Origin: a virus | Taxonomy: Duplodnaviria > Caudoviricetes | DNA length: 46,416 nt | IMG/VR virus record: IMGVR_UViG_3300020042_004802 | Coordinates: 1-46,416 of that record | Strand: one strand, 5' to 3' | Part shown: one piece after another, positions 1 through 9,322 of the stretch | Layout of the letters: the number at the start of each line of letters is the position of its first letter | Numbering within the stretch: position 1 is the stretch's first letter | Made by a program: the position numbers and the translations under genes | Notes under the pieces: generated by a model | What the model saw: the letters and a program-made list of their open reading frames with translations, nothing else | Databases searched by the model: none | Told to the model about the DNA's origin: nothing

Positions 1-2
1 TG

Positions 3-557
3 AGTCAAAGTTCACTAATGGGCAACTCTTCGTGGGGTATATCTTCTATGATATGGTCTAGCTTTGACCAGTTTGCGTTGTCAGGCAGATATACAATGAT
101 GAATCTGTCTGAAGGTAAGCTACAGTCTATATCAAACTTTGGTATCACAGGTGTCTACTTAGGGGGTACAACGCTCGGATTTGTTACGGCAGCGCATATA
201 CAACCTTTAGGAAAATACGGTGTCTCAGGAGCCAACTATACACTTAGTGTTGCTGGAGCAGATGTGGGTCTTAATATCAGCAATAACATAATGCTGTTCT
301 ACACTATACCCGTTAAAGTCAATAAAAGGCTAACAATATCTCCAGACGTTTACTTGTCTGGTAGTTCTACAGGATACTTAACGGCTCAGCAGAAGTTTAT
401 TACATCTAATGACATTGGCTTTTTAACAGGGGCGTCTTTTGATATAGCTCTAACCAAACGCTTTAGGTTTAACTTTGCTTTAAAAACAGGCTTTAATACC
501 AACCCCATTATTCCGCAAAGTTATTTAGGGATGATTGGGACTAAGATAAATTTATAG
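3..557 (+). CDS. Hypothetical protein, 5'-truncated by the window edge; possible outer-membrane beta-barrel-like protein
   Basis: Frame is open upstream of the listed ATG at 18 to the window edge. Gly/Ser/aromatic-rich amphipathic beta-strand pattern; ends YLGMIGTKINL. Confidence 0.55.
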   Translation, partial: SQSSLMGNSSWGISSMIWSSFDQFALSGRYTMMNLSEGKLQSISNFGITGVYLGGTTLGFVTAAHIQPLGKYGVSGANYTLSVAGADVGLNISNNIMLFYTIPVKVNKRLTISPDVYLSGSSTGYLTAQQKFITSNDIGFLTGASFDIALTKRFRFNFALKTGFNTNPIIPQSYLGMIGTKINL

Positions 558-585
558 GTATCTTTACTCAACCAAACACAAAGAT

Positions 586-789
586 ATGATTCAATTTATG
601 ATTCCTCCAGATTCTATCAATCAAGATGATATGGAGCATATTAAATTTCTTGGGATACAGGATTCTAAAGTAAAAACGTTATTAGATATATTGGACGGCA
701 TTGCAGAAATCCCCGTTGAATCAAAGCTGCACTTAGAAACTAATGTAATAGACGCGTTATCAGAAATTGTGTCTAAGATGAGAAAATAG
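586..789 (+). CDS. Small acidic hypothetical protein (67 aa)
   Basis: ATG after an A-rich leader; TATCTTTA -7-like element at 559-566. Confidence 0.55.
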   Translation: MIQFMIPPDSINQDDMEHIKFLGIQDSKVKTLLDILDGIAEIPVESKLHLETNVIDALSEIVSKMRK

Positions 790-848
790 CGAGTACGTTT
801 TATTGATGAATAAATGAATACTAATGCCTTAGTTCTTTGAGCTAGGGC

Positions 849-881
849 ATTGTCTTTTATAGATAAAATTTCATAACTTTG
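849..881 (+). promoter_or_regulatory. Bacteroidota-type sigma70 promoter for the tail operon
   Basis: ATTG (849-852), 21-nt spacer, TAACTTTG (874-881), 22 nt before ATG 904. Confidence 0.55.
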
Positions 882-903
882 ATTTAATTTAAAATAAAAA
901 TCA

Positions 904-1596
904 ATGGCAGTATCAATTAAAGATGCGCACGACTTTATCCGGAGCATTATTCAAAAGAATAAAGCCGGTTTTGTTTCGCCTAAAGACATCGATAGATCAA
1001 TCAATAGATCAGTTGGCGATTGGATTTCAGCTGTAATATTTCGTTTTAGAAAAACTAAAAAGTTTGAATATGATCATTTATTGGTCAAAAGAAAAGAATT
1101 TGCAGTTACCGCTTCTACTGGAGTGCAGAATATTCCGCAGGATTTAGGAGATTTTATTGAAGCATTAGCCGTATATGCAAAGGATACTAGTGGCATTAAC
1201 TATGAAGGATCTATCTATAGCTATGATGAGTTCTTTGAAAGAGTTAACTCTTCTATCTTAATCCCTGAATTAAAGTTTCCTTGTGCTACAATATTTATTG
1301 ATTCTGCGGGAGACTCTAAGATTCAAGTCGCTCCTGTTCCAACAGGAGGTGCAACCTTTACATATACCTTAGTTTATATTAAAAAACCGGTAGATGCTGA
1401 ATACAAATACACAATTGACGCTAATGGAAATATAGTTCACGTTACATCAGGATCAAAAGATATTCAAGTTTCAGACAGATATTATGGAGATATTTTATCT
1501 CGCGCATTAATGTATTTAGGTGTAGCTTTAGATGAGCAAACTTTATTAGGTGTTGAGGGTCTAAAAGATGCTAACCAAAAAAATGACGAACGATGA
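904..1596 (+). CDS. Tail ring / head-tail adaptor protein (P22 gp4-like tubular protein type)
   Basis: 230 aa with motifs GFVSPKDIDR and YTLVYIKKP typical of crAss-like/flavobacterial ring proteins; first of three similar-sized genes before the tail stabiliser. Confidence 0.65.
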   Translation: MAVSIKDAHDFIRSIIQKNKAGFVSPKDIDRSINRSVGDWISAVIFRFRKTKKFEYDHLLVKRKEFAVTASTGVQNIPQDLGDFIEALAVYAKDTSGINYEGSIYSYDEFFERVNSSILIPELKFPCATIFIDSAGDSKIQVAPVPTGGATFTYTLVYIKKPVDAEYKYTIDANGNIVHVTSGSKDIQVSDRYYGDILSRALMYLGVALDEQTLLGVEGLKDANQKNDER

Positions 1597-2240
1597 CAAC
1601 TAAAAATAGAATAGCAGAACAAGTATCAAGAATCTATGCTAGATTTATTGACAAAGAAAACGTATCTGATATCTTAGACTTAAGAGAGGTTCGCTTTTTA
1701 GTAGAACAATCTCTTAATAAGGTTTTAAAGATACAGACATCTGAGTATTTTAAAGCTGGATCATATGAGATTCCTAGATCAGCATTAATTACTAAGGCTT
1801 GTGCGGTAACATCAGAATCGCCAGGGCTTAATAGAGCGTACATTACATTGCCGGCTATTCCATTAAATCTTCCATTAGATATGGGTATTTGGGCTATAAC
1901 TGCTCCTGGGCAACCCTTTATTCCTTATATCCCATTGCCGGCTCAAGATGTAATTGTTTTTCAAGGTACAAATGTTTCCTATTTAGAAAACCAAATTGGA
2001 TATTATCTTCAAGGCAAGAAAGTTTATTTCACAAAGGATATTACTTTAACTGCTAATGGAACAGTAACATCAGTAGATGCCCAGTTATTAGTAATGGACT
2101 TTAGAGAATTTGCTGATGAGGAAATGTTATCTATCTCGCCAGAAGTTGAAATGGATGTTATTAATGACGTTATGCTTACATTGAGCAATGGCAAAGTTGC
2201 ACAAGCAGAAATACAATCAGAGAAGTTACAAGCGCAATAA
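1593..2240 (+). CDS. Tail ring/structural protein
   Basis: 215 aa, ATGA-coupled to the previous gene; YITLPAIPLNLP and YYLQGKKVYF segments; position in tail block. Confidence 0.6.
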   Translation: MTTKNRIAEQVSRIYARFIDKENVSDILDLREVRFLVEQSLNKVLKIQTSEYFKAGSYEIPRSALITKACAVTSESPGLNRAYITLPAIPLNLPLDMGIWAITAPGQPFIPYIPLPAQDVIVFQGTNVSYLENQIGYYLQGKKVYFTKDITLTANGTVTSVDAQLLVMDFREFADEEMLSISPEVEMDVINDVMLTLSNGKVAQAEIQSEKLQAQ

Positions 2241-2243
2241 TAA

Positions 2244-3002
2244 ATGAAAACTAAATCTATTAATACAATTGTAAGGGAAGCCTTGTTAGACAAGAATTTA
2301 CCTTTACATTTTTATTCAAGATACCTCCACCACGGTCTGCGGATTATGGATGAGTTGTCTTTACATTTTTCGCTAGGCAACATTAAGATGGTTGAGTTAG
2401 ATGTAACCTCTTATCAAAGAGCAATCTTACCGGCTGATTATATCGATTTCATTGAGGTGTCTGTTAAACACGGAGAACGCGCTCTTCCTATGGAAAGAGA
2501 CACTAGATTAAATAAGATTTATAATAGAGATTCTGGAGGGAATAAAATTCCTTATCCATCTTCTACTAGTATTAATTATGACTCAGAAATCAATTATAAT
2601 TTGATATCGGGGAATACTAATATGAATACTCGTGGGGAATTGATTGGTCGTTATTATGGAAGAAAACGTCAACCTAAATTAACGTTTGATATTGATGAGA
2701 CTAATTCTGAATTAGTATTTGGTAATGAAATGGTATTATCAAAAGTTACATTAATTTATATGACTTCTGCAGTATCTAGATCAAGCGCTAACCTTGTTAC
2801 GCCATACGCGACAGACGTAATCATTAAATACATTGAGATGAAAGCAGCTCAAGCTGCAGGAGGAACTCTAGGTAAATTTCAATTAGCTGAGCAAGGCTAC
2901 TTAAACGCATATCGTAAATTCAAGGCAACTATGAATTCACTTGATTATGCAGAAATTCTTGGAACAATTAGAAACGGTATTTACGGTTCGCTTAAAAACT
3001 AA
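2244..3002 (+). CDS. Tail ring/tubular structural protein
   Basis: 252 aa with LPADYIDF motif typical of tail tubular proteins; synteny. Confidence 0.6.
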   Translation: MKTKSINTIVREALLDKNLPLHFYSRYLHHGLRIMDELSLHFSLGNIKMVELDVTSYQRAILPADYIDFIEVSVKHGERALPMERDTRLNKIYNRDSGGNKIPYPSSTSINYDSEINYNLISGNTNMNTRGELIGRYYGRKRQPKLTFDIDETNSELVFGNEMVLSKVTLIYMTSAVSRSSANLVTPYATDVIIKYIEMKAAQAAGGTLGKFQLAEQGYLNAYRKFKATMNSLDYAEILGTIRNGIYGSLKN

Positions 3003-3006
3003 TTAA

Positions 3007-6000
3007 ATGGCAAAAATATCATTAGTAACTTCTGGTGGACTAAATAAAGATGTCGATCCTAATAATTTAATACAGGGAGATTATTCTGATGCGTCTAATA
3101 TTATATATGATATTGGGGTAGATGGGGGTGCGGGTGCAATTAAAATGATTGATTCAATAAAAGAAGCTACTTCTGTAGGAACTATTACTGGAACAATTAA
3201 AGCAACATTTCAAAGCCCTGATGGATATATCTATGTTTTATCAAATACAAATGGCACATCGGCTACAATATACCAGTTAAATGCAGCATTAGATACTGCG
3301 GCTGCGGCGATTGTAACTTATACTCACGGAGTTTCTGACGCTAATTTTGTGCCAGATTTAAAAGTATTAGGAGACTGTTTAATTTGGAACTATTGTGGAG
3401 ATGGAACAGTTTTAATATACTCTATGCTACAAGGAACTGGAGTTACATTAAGTGTTGCAGACTTAACTCTTCAAAAGAGAACTCCTAATAATGTAGTTAC
3501 TATTGTTAAGGCGGCATTAAATCCATTATTAGCAAAACCTTTTTTAGAAGCCAATGATTTTCAATTTGCTTCTAGATACCAATATATATCAGGAGAGTTT
3601 TCTGTATTGAGCAATTACTCTCAAATGTATAAAGGGGAAAAAGGTGTTGTACAATATAATTTATCTTACAGTTTTACAGGAAAACCCACTTTTGCAGAAA
3701 CATTAGAAGTGTATGTAAGGGTTGGCAATGCTGGGACTTGGAGAAGAATTGATTCAAATAAAATAGGAGTTGATGCAGGAACATTAACTTGGACTGGTCA
3801 AGTATATGAAAGCTTAGACAGCGTTACCGGCACCAAATCTTTTGATGCAATTCCTACTATTGCAAAGCATATTGAGATTGCTAAGAACAGAATTTTTTTA
3901 GCAAACATTGTAGACGACAATGCTATTACAGCAAACAATTTATTGTTTACTTTAACAGATAACGCCGAATACAGTTATTTTCCTGATTCAACTTCAGGAA
4001 TTTATAACAATTACTTAGGAACTCCTTTATTTACTGAAGCTAGTATTAGTAGTTCTGAGACATCTTCTCCGTACTACAAACCGTTTGCTAACGATTCTAA
4101 TTATGGTATTGGATTTGCTTATTATGACGAAGCAATGAAAACTAGGGGAGTTGAAAAGTATATTAATTTATCTACTGGCAAATTTGTTTACCCAATAATT
4201 TCGGCAATAGACATTACTTTACAGTCTGGATGGCAAAAGCCTTCTTGGGCTAAGTATGCACAATTAGTATATACTAAGAATAAGGATAAGTCATATTTTT
4301 ACGAAGGATATGCTAGTAACATATTTTTTGAATTAACTCAGATAAATACAAACGCTACAACAGGAGCAATTACCGAAGAAATTGTATTAAGCCAGTCTAT
4401 TACCAAAGATCAATTAAAAAGCGTAAAAAGTTTAGTAGTTGATTTAATGGGAATGTTTAGAGCAAATTCTGTTTACAACTTTACTGATGGAGATCGCATA
4501 TCAATTAATACTGGAACAAACGGTATATTAAATTTAAAAATAACTGGTCAAAGCGGAAACCTTATTTATTGCGACTATACTGGCGCAGAAATGACTAATC
4601 CAATAGTTCCGAATTCATCTGTATTTTACTTTGAAATATTTACGCCAAAACAAGTGCAAGAAGACGAGTCTCTTGTGTTTTATGAATACGGTAACTTGAT
4701 GGATATTACAAGTTGGGCGGCAGGTCAAGTTAAAACAATTAAAGCAGCCGGTACATTAAATACCGATAAATTAATTGGGGATACAGTATTCCAAAAATTA
4801 GAGCTACCGGTTTATTCGGCTAGTCCATTTACAAAGACTACAACTAAGACTTCTCCTGCAGAGGTAACTCTTGGAGTGCAAACTCAAGTTAATTGCCAAA
4901 TCAATACCGCGTATGGTACGGGGTTTTCAATTGTATCTTTTTCATCTACTGCTCCATCAGACGTACTTAACGTTCCTTATTTTACTTCATTTACTACTGG
5001 AGTAAACCAAGACGGAGCAAACATTATAGATACATCTGGGGCATATGGCTCTAGTGGACCTGAAGTAGCTCTATCTGGATATTATGATGTTGCGACGCAA
5101 TTATCTAGTAATTTTCTAACTGTTGAACACAAATTACTTATTACAAAGAACATTCCATTTGCCATTTCTGGTAGTTGCGAATGGGCTATTTATGCAAAAG
5201 TAATGCGTGTGCCTTATAATAATACCACCAACGTTTACGGAACCCCGGTTGTTTTTATTGCCGAACAACTATTATACACTGAAACAATTACGGCTACAGA
5301 TACAGGGACAGTTACCGTAAACTTTACTCAGACTAAAACTCTAGCTTCATACGCAACAGATATTACAGCTAACGATAAATTCTATCTCACATATCGGTTG
5401 ACGGTTCCCTTGATGGCAGGACCAAGCTCACTTAATATCAATGTTAAGAAGCAGACCGCTGTAGATAATGGCGTTATTGCTACGTTTTTAGGAAGTAGAA
5501 CTGCTCCTAAGATTACAACGGCTTATAATCCTGATGCAAAGGTATCTGCAACTAAGACTAAATATGTTGTAAGAGCTATATCGAATGCGGTGTCAAATCA
5601 GCTTTGGAATACCTCTTCCGGCAAACCTTCTGTTCAAGTAACTAAAACTACGACATCGTCTTCTTTAGGAAATAGAACAAATACTATTCGCTATGGAGGC
5701 AACTATATTATAGGCACCAAAGTTAACAACCTGAGCTCATTCTTTGCCCTTGACAGCGCGGATGTTCCTACGGAGAACGGTAAGATCAATTCGTTGCAAA
5801 GAGTGTCTAGATTACAAGGGAATGGATCTATGCTCCTTGTTTTATGTGAGAAAGAAGTTGCTTACGCTCTTCTTGGAGAACAAGAGTTATTACAGGGAGA
5901 TAATTCAACTATTGTATCTTTATCTTCAAATGTAATTGGAACCGTTAGAAATATAGGATACAATTATGGGTTACAAGATAAATTATCTGCGCACAACTAC

Positions 6001-6945
6001 AGAGGAACTGTATGGTGGTGGGATAATTTTAATAAGAAAGTTCTTCGCTACACAGAGCAAGGGGCAGAAATCATTAGTGATATTTTTATGAAATCTTTTT
6101 TCCTAAAAAAATCTGGAGTAATGAGATTTGCGTATGATTCATTCTACAATATATGCTTTGCTGGTATAGTTGGAGAAGAAACAACTGTTGGATATTCAGA
6201 CAACAGGAAGCGTTGGATTTCTTCATATACATTCAGACCAGATTTCTCGGAAAGTTTTGGAGACAAAACAATGATGATAAAGAATAATAAAGCATATAAA
6301 ACCCTTCAAAGTAACAGTCAGACTGATTACAATTCTTTATTTGGGACTAATTATAATTCATCAGTTTCGTTTATTGTCAATAGCAAATTGCCTGTTATGC
6401 CTACTCATTTAGCGGTTTGGCATAATATGAATGTGTTTGACTATACTAAAGATAATTTTGTTAAAGATGGATTAATCAACATTGAAATAACAAATGAAAA
6501 TAGTCAAAGAACTACGTTAAATAGCGCTAACTTTTTAGTGGAGGACAGCAAGTTATATGCTCACGTTATGAGAGATTTAAACACTCCATTAAGCGCAATT
6601 CCATCTGAAATATTAAAAGAGCAAACGTTTACCGCAACGGCTGGTCAGACTACGTTTACAATAACAGATGGATATATTTTAGGAGCAATTGAAGTATATG
6701 TAAATACAGTATTAAAATCGCCAACAACCTATACTGCAACAAACGGAACAACAGTTGTATTCGCCTCAGGCGCTACAGCTGGACAAACAATCCGTATTGT
6801 AAACACAGTAGACAAAAGGTTAACAGAAGGATATTACATTGTTGGCTATCTAAACAAATTTGTTGTAACTTTAACCGATAGAACGCAAAATATGCGAATT
6901 AATTCGATTGATGTTGAACTAAAACCGGTAGTTGGACACTCTTAA
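3007..6945 (+). CDS. Tail stabilisation / muzzle protein (P22 gp10-like)
   Basis: 1312 aa; N-terminal GGLNKDVDPNNLIQGDYSDASN, FASRYQYISGEFS, NRIFLAN and C-terminal RWISSYTFRPD match crAss-like stabilisation proteins. Confidence 0.8.
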   Translation: MAKISLVTSGGLNKDVDPNNLIQGDYSDASNIIYDIGVDGGAGAIKMIDSIKEATSVGTITGTIKATFQSPDGYIYVLSNTNGTSATIYQLNAALDTAAAAIVTYTHGVSDANFVPDLKVLGDCLIWNYCGDGTVLIYSMLQGTGVTLSVADLTLQKRTPNNVVTIVKAALNPLLAKPFLEANDFQFASRYQYISGEFSVLSNYSQMYKGEKGVVQYNLSYSFTGKPTFAETLEVYVRVGNAGTWRRIDSNKIGVDAGTLTWTGQVYESLDSVTGTKSFDAIPTIAKHIEIAKNRIFLANIVDDNAITANNLLFTLTDNAEYSYFPDSTSGIYNNYLGTPLFTEASISSSETSSPYYKPFANDSNYGIGFAYYDEAMKTRGVEKYINLSTGKFVYPIISAIDITLQSGWQKPSWAKYAQLVYTKNKDKSYFYEGYASNIFFELTQINTNATTGAITEEIVLSQSITKDQLKSVKSLVVDLMGMFRANSVYNFTDGDRISINTGTNGILNLKITGQSGNLIYCDYTGAEMTNPIVPNSSVFYFEIFTPKQVQEDESLVFYEYGNLMDITSWAAGQVKTIKAAGTLNTDKLIGDTVFQKLELPVYSASPFTKTTTKTSPAEVTLGVQTQVNCQINTAYGTGFSIVSFSSTAPSDVLNVPYFTSFTTGVNQDGANIIDTSGAYGSSGPEVALSGYYDVATQLSSNFLTVEHKLLITKNIPFAISGSCEWAIYAKVMRVPYNNTTNVYGTPVVFIAEQLLYTETITATDTGTVTVNFTQTKTLASYATDITANDKFYLTYRLTVPLMAGPSSLNINVKKQTAVDNGVIATFLGSRTAPKITTAYNPDAKVSATKTKYVVRAISNAVSNQLWNTSSGKPSVQVTKTTTSSSLGNRTNTIRYGGNYIIGTKVNNLSSFFALDSADVPTENGKINSLQRVSRLQGNGSMLLVLCEKEVAYALLGEQELLQGDNSTIVSLSSNVIGTVRNIGYNYGLQDKLSAHNYRGTVWWWDNFNKKVLRYTEQGAEIISDIFMKSFFLKKSGVMRFAYDSFYNICFAGIVGEETTVGYSDNRKRWISSYTFRPDFSESFGDKTMMIKNNKAYKTLQSNSQTDYNSLFGTNYNSSVSFIVNSKLPVMPTHLAVWHNMNVFDYTKDNFVKDGLINIEITNENSQRTTLNSANFLVEDSKLYAHVMRDLNTPLSAIPSEILKEQTFTATAGQTTFTITDGYILGAIEVYVNTVLKSPTTYTATNGTTVVFASGATAGQTIRIVNTVDKRLTEGYYIVGYLNKFVVTLTDRTQNMRINSIDVELKPVVGHS

Positions 6946-6955
6946 TAAATAAAAA

Positions 6956-7762
6956 ATGGGATCATCAGTAGGTAAATCATTATTAGATAGTCTTTCCCCT
7001 GTAGGAATTGCTTTAGAAGGCATAGGTGCTATAGGTAGCATAATTGGCGCATCTGGTCAATTTTCAGAGGCAAAAAAGCAGGCTGAAAGACTACGCGCTT
7101 TTAATAAGCAACAGCAAGATGAATTTAATGCCGGATATACGGGATTAGAGTCCAAAGCGGCTGCGTTACCTACTTATACGGCTGATGTTTCATTGTACAA
7201 CAAGTTAGGAGCTACAGCTGAAATGGCTAAACGTACAGCTGGTGCAGGTCAAATGGCTGGTACTGGTATTATGCGTGAGCAAGCCGGACAATCCGCGGCG
7301 AATGCTTTTAGAGCAGGATCTGTTGGTGCAAGATCAGGATCTGATTTAATGGCATTAGCGGCACTTACTGGTGGGCAAGAAGCTGCTCAAAATCAGAACA
7401 TTAATTTAATGCAAGCTAATTTTGGTCAACAAGAGAAGCAAACTGCATTACAAAATTATTACTCTGCATTAGGACAACAAGCAGCAGGTATACAAAGGGA
7501 AAGAGGTGCAGAATATTCTTCTATGTTAGGTAGAAGTCAAGCGCAATTAGGTATTGCTCAAAATAAACTTTCACAAGGACTAGCATTAAAGCAAAGCGCA
7601 TTCTCAGGAGAGCAACAAAGTATGGCATCAATTGCAGATGCAGAGGCAGCTATTTATGGCGGTGGAGGGAAATTATTTAGTACTGTAGGAAAAGGTCTTA
7701 TGGATTGGGGTGCTGCTGATTCAAAAATGGCTGCTCTTGGCGAAATTTATAAAAATAGATAG
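6956..7762 (+). CDS. Probable ejection (DNA pilot/internal virion) protein
   Basis: Gly/Ala-rich hydrophobic N-terminus followed by Ala/Gln-rich helical body; directly after the tail stabiliser as in podoviruses. Confidence 0.6.
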   Translation: MGSSVGKSLLDSLSPVGIALEGIGAIGSIIGASGQFSEAKKQAERLRAFNKQQQDEFNAGYTGLESKAAALPTYTADVSLYNKLGATAEMAKRTAGAGQMAGTGIMREQAGQSAANAFRAGSVGARSGSDLMALAALTGGQEAAQNQNINLMQANFGQQEKQTALQNYYSALGQQAAGIQRERGAEYSSMLGRSQAQLGIAQNKLSQGLALKQSAFSGEQQSMASIADAEAAIYGGGGKLFSTVGKGLMDWGAADSKMAALGEIYKNR

Positions 7763-7792
7763 GTAAAATCATAATATTAAGAACCATTCCAA

Positions 7793-9241
7793 ATGGCAGA
7801 AAATTTTATATATAATCCAGCAGAAAAAATTGCAGGAGCATTTAATCAAGCTAGTACTAGTTTAGGAAATGCATTCACTACAGTCTTAGCTCGTAAGCAA
7901 CACGACTACGATGTTGCGGATCATATTTTTCAAAACCTCGAATCTCTTAAGAAAGATGTAAATCTTTTTGGCAGAGAAGATGTGAAGAAAATGGTTAGCC
8001 AAACTATGGGCGAAATGGCTAATAACATTTCAGCAACAGGTAATTTAGATTACGCAAAGCTAGGATTAGTTCGCAATAAGATTTCTGAAATTAAAGACAA
8101 AAAAGAATATTGGGAAACTTTTGGCGAAATTAGAGAAGAAAAGTTTAAGCAATTAATTGCTGACAAAGATTTATTAAAAAGCTTTGCAAGTTCTGTAAAA
8201 TCAATTGATGGGTTAGCGCTTGATAAAACTATTACAAACGCTAAAGATCTTGTAACAAGAATGGATGATCAGGTACTGGGTAGCTACGATCCAGTATTAT
8301 ACCTTAAAAAGATTAGTCAAAGTGTTCGTCCAAATCAAAATGTTGATGGATACTATAAAGACCAAAAAGGATATACAATTGGATATAATGGAAAGATTCC
8401 TGCTGGAATGGGATACGATCCTACTACAAAAGCATTAACGGACCCTACAGATACAGATTGGGCAACAAGAGATGTACAAACATTAGAGGCTCAAAATCCT
8501 GAGATGATGAAGATTCTCAAAAAGAATATTACTGGTGTTGCGGGAGCATTTAATACAAATGAAGATATCTACAAGCATTTCTTTAATAAGACCATTGAAA
8601 AGCCCGATGAAAAAGTAATTGGTCAACCAAAGGTTTGGAAGCCGACAAAAGGAGGCGGAGGCACTCCTAAGAATACTACATTTGGCGCGGGCAACATTGG
8701 CGAGGTTAATGTTCCTGTAGCTGGAGGTAAGGTTAAAACAATGCCTACTGGTAAGCCAATAAAAATTGCAGTTCTACCTGGACAAGAAGGCATTATTAGT
8801 TCAGTTGGACGTAATGCTAAAGGAGAAATTTGGGCAGAAACCTATTATAAAACTGATGGAAGTTTGTGGACAGATGAAACTGATTTAGCTGGGGCTAAAA
8901 TTGGATGGAATAAAATTGAACTTCCAGAAGATGAGTTTATTAATAAATTAGAAGCTGTTGCAGGCGCTGGAGCATACGCTGCTGGTCTTGGGGATAAATT
9001 TATTAATGGATTTAAATCAATTAAGAAAGCTAGTGGCAAGTATGTTGGTTATATACCTCCTGCAGATGATGAAGCTGTAGGGTACATTCGTAACGGAAAA
9101 ACAGGTGCAAGAACACAGGTTACTCGTAAAATGATTGACAAGGATGCTAGGACAATGCTAAGACAAGGTAAAATTACAGATTTGTCTGATTATATTAGCA
9201 AATACACCAAATACGTTAAAACAAATCCAACTGTTAATTAA
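7793..9241 (+). CDS. Probable internal virion/ejection protein (482 aa)
   Basis: Long ORF between the pilot-like protein and the giant protein; no recognisable catalytic motif. Confidence 0.5.
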   Translation: MAENFIYNPAEKIAGAFNQASTSLGNAFTTVLARKQHDYDVADHIFQNLESLKKDVNLFGREDVKKMVSQTMGEMANNISATGNLDYAKLGLVRNKISEIKDKKEYWETFGEIREEKFKQLIADKDLLKSFASSVKSIDGLALDKTITNAKDLVTRMDDQVLGSYDPVLYLKKISQSVRPNQNVDGYYKDQKGYTIGYNGKIPAGMGYDPTTKALTDPTDTDWATRDVQTLEAQNPEMMKILKKNITGVAGAFNTNEDIYKHFFNKTIEKPDEKVIGQPKVWKPTKGGGGTPKNTTFGAGNIGEVNVPVAGGKVKTMPTGKPIKIAVLPGQEGIISSVGRNAKGEIWAETYYKTDGSLWTDETDLAGAKIGWNKIELPEDEFINKLEAVAGAGAYAAGLGDKFINGFKSIKKASGKYVGYIPPADDEAVGYIRNGKTGARTQVTRKMIDKDARTMLRQGKITDLSDYISKYTKYVKTNPTVN

Positions 9242-9258
9242 TTAAAGATAATGTTTAC

Positions 9259-9298
9259 AAAAGCTCCCACAATTATTGTTATATTTGTGGGAGCTTTT
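9259..9298 (+). terminator. 14-bp inverted repeat, intrinsic terminator-like, overlapping a TATATTTG -7 element
   Basis: AAAAGCTCCCACAA (9259-9272) pairs with TTGTGGGAGCTTTT (9285-9298); 12-nt loop; T-rich tail; TATATTTG at 9280-9287. Confidence 0.65.
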
Positions 9299-9322
9299 TA
9301 ATTTTTCACCAAATCAATACAA

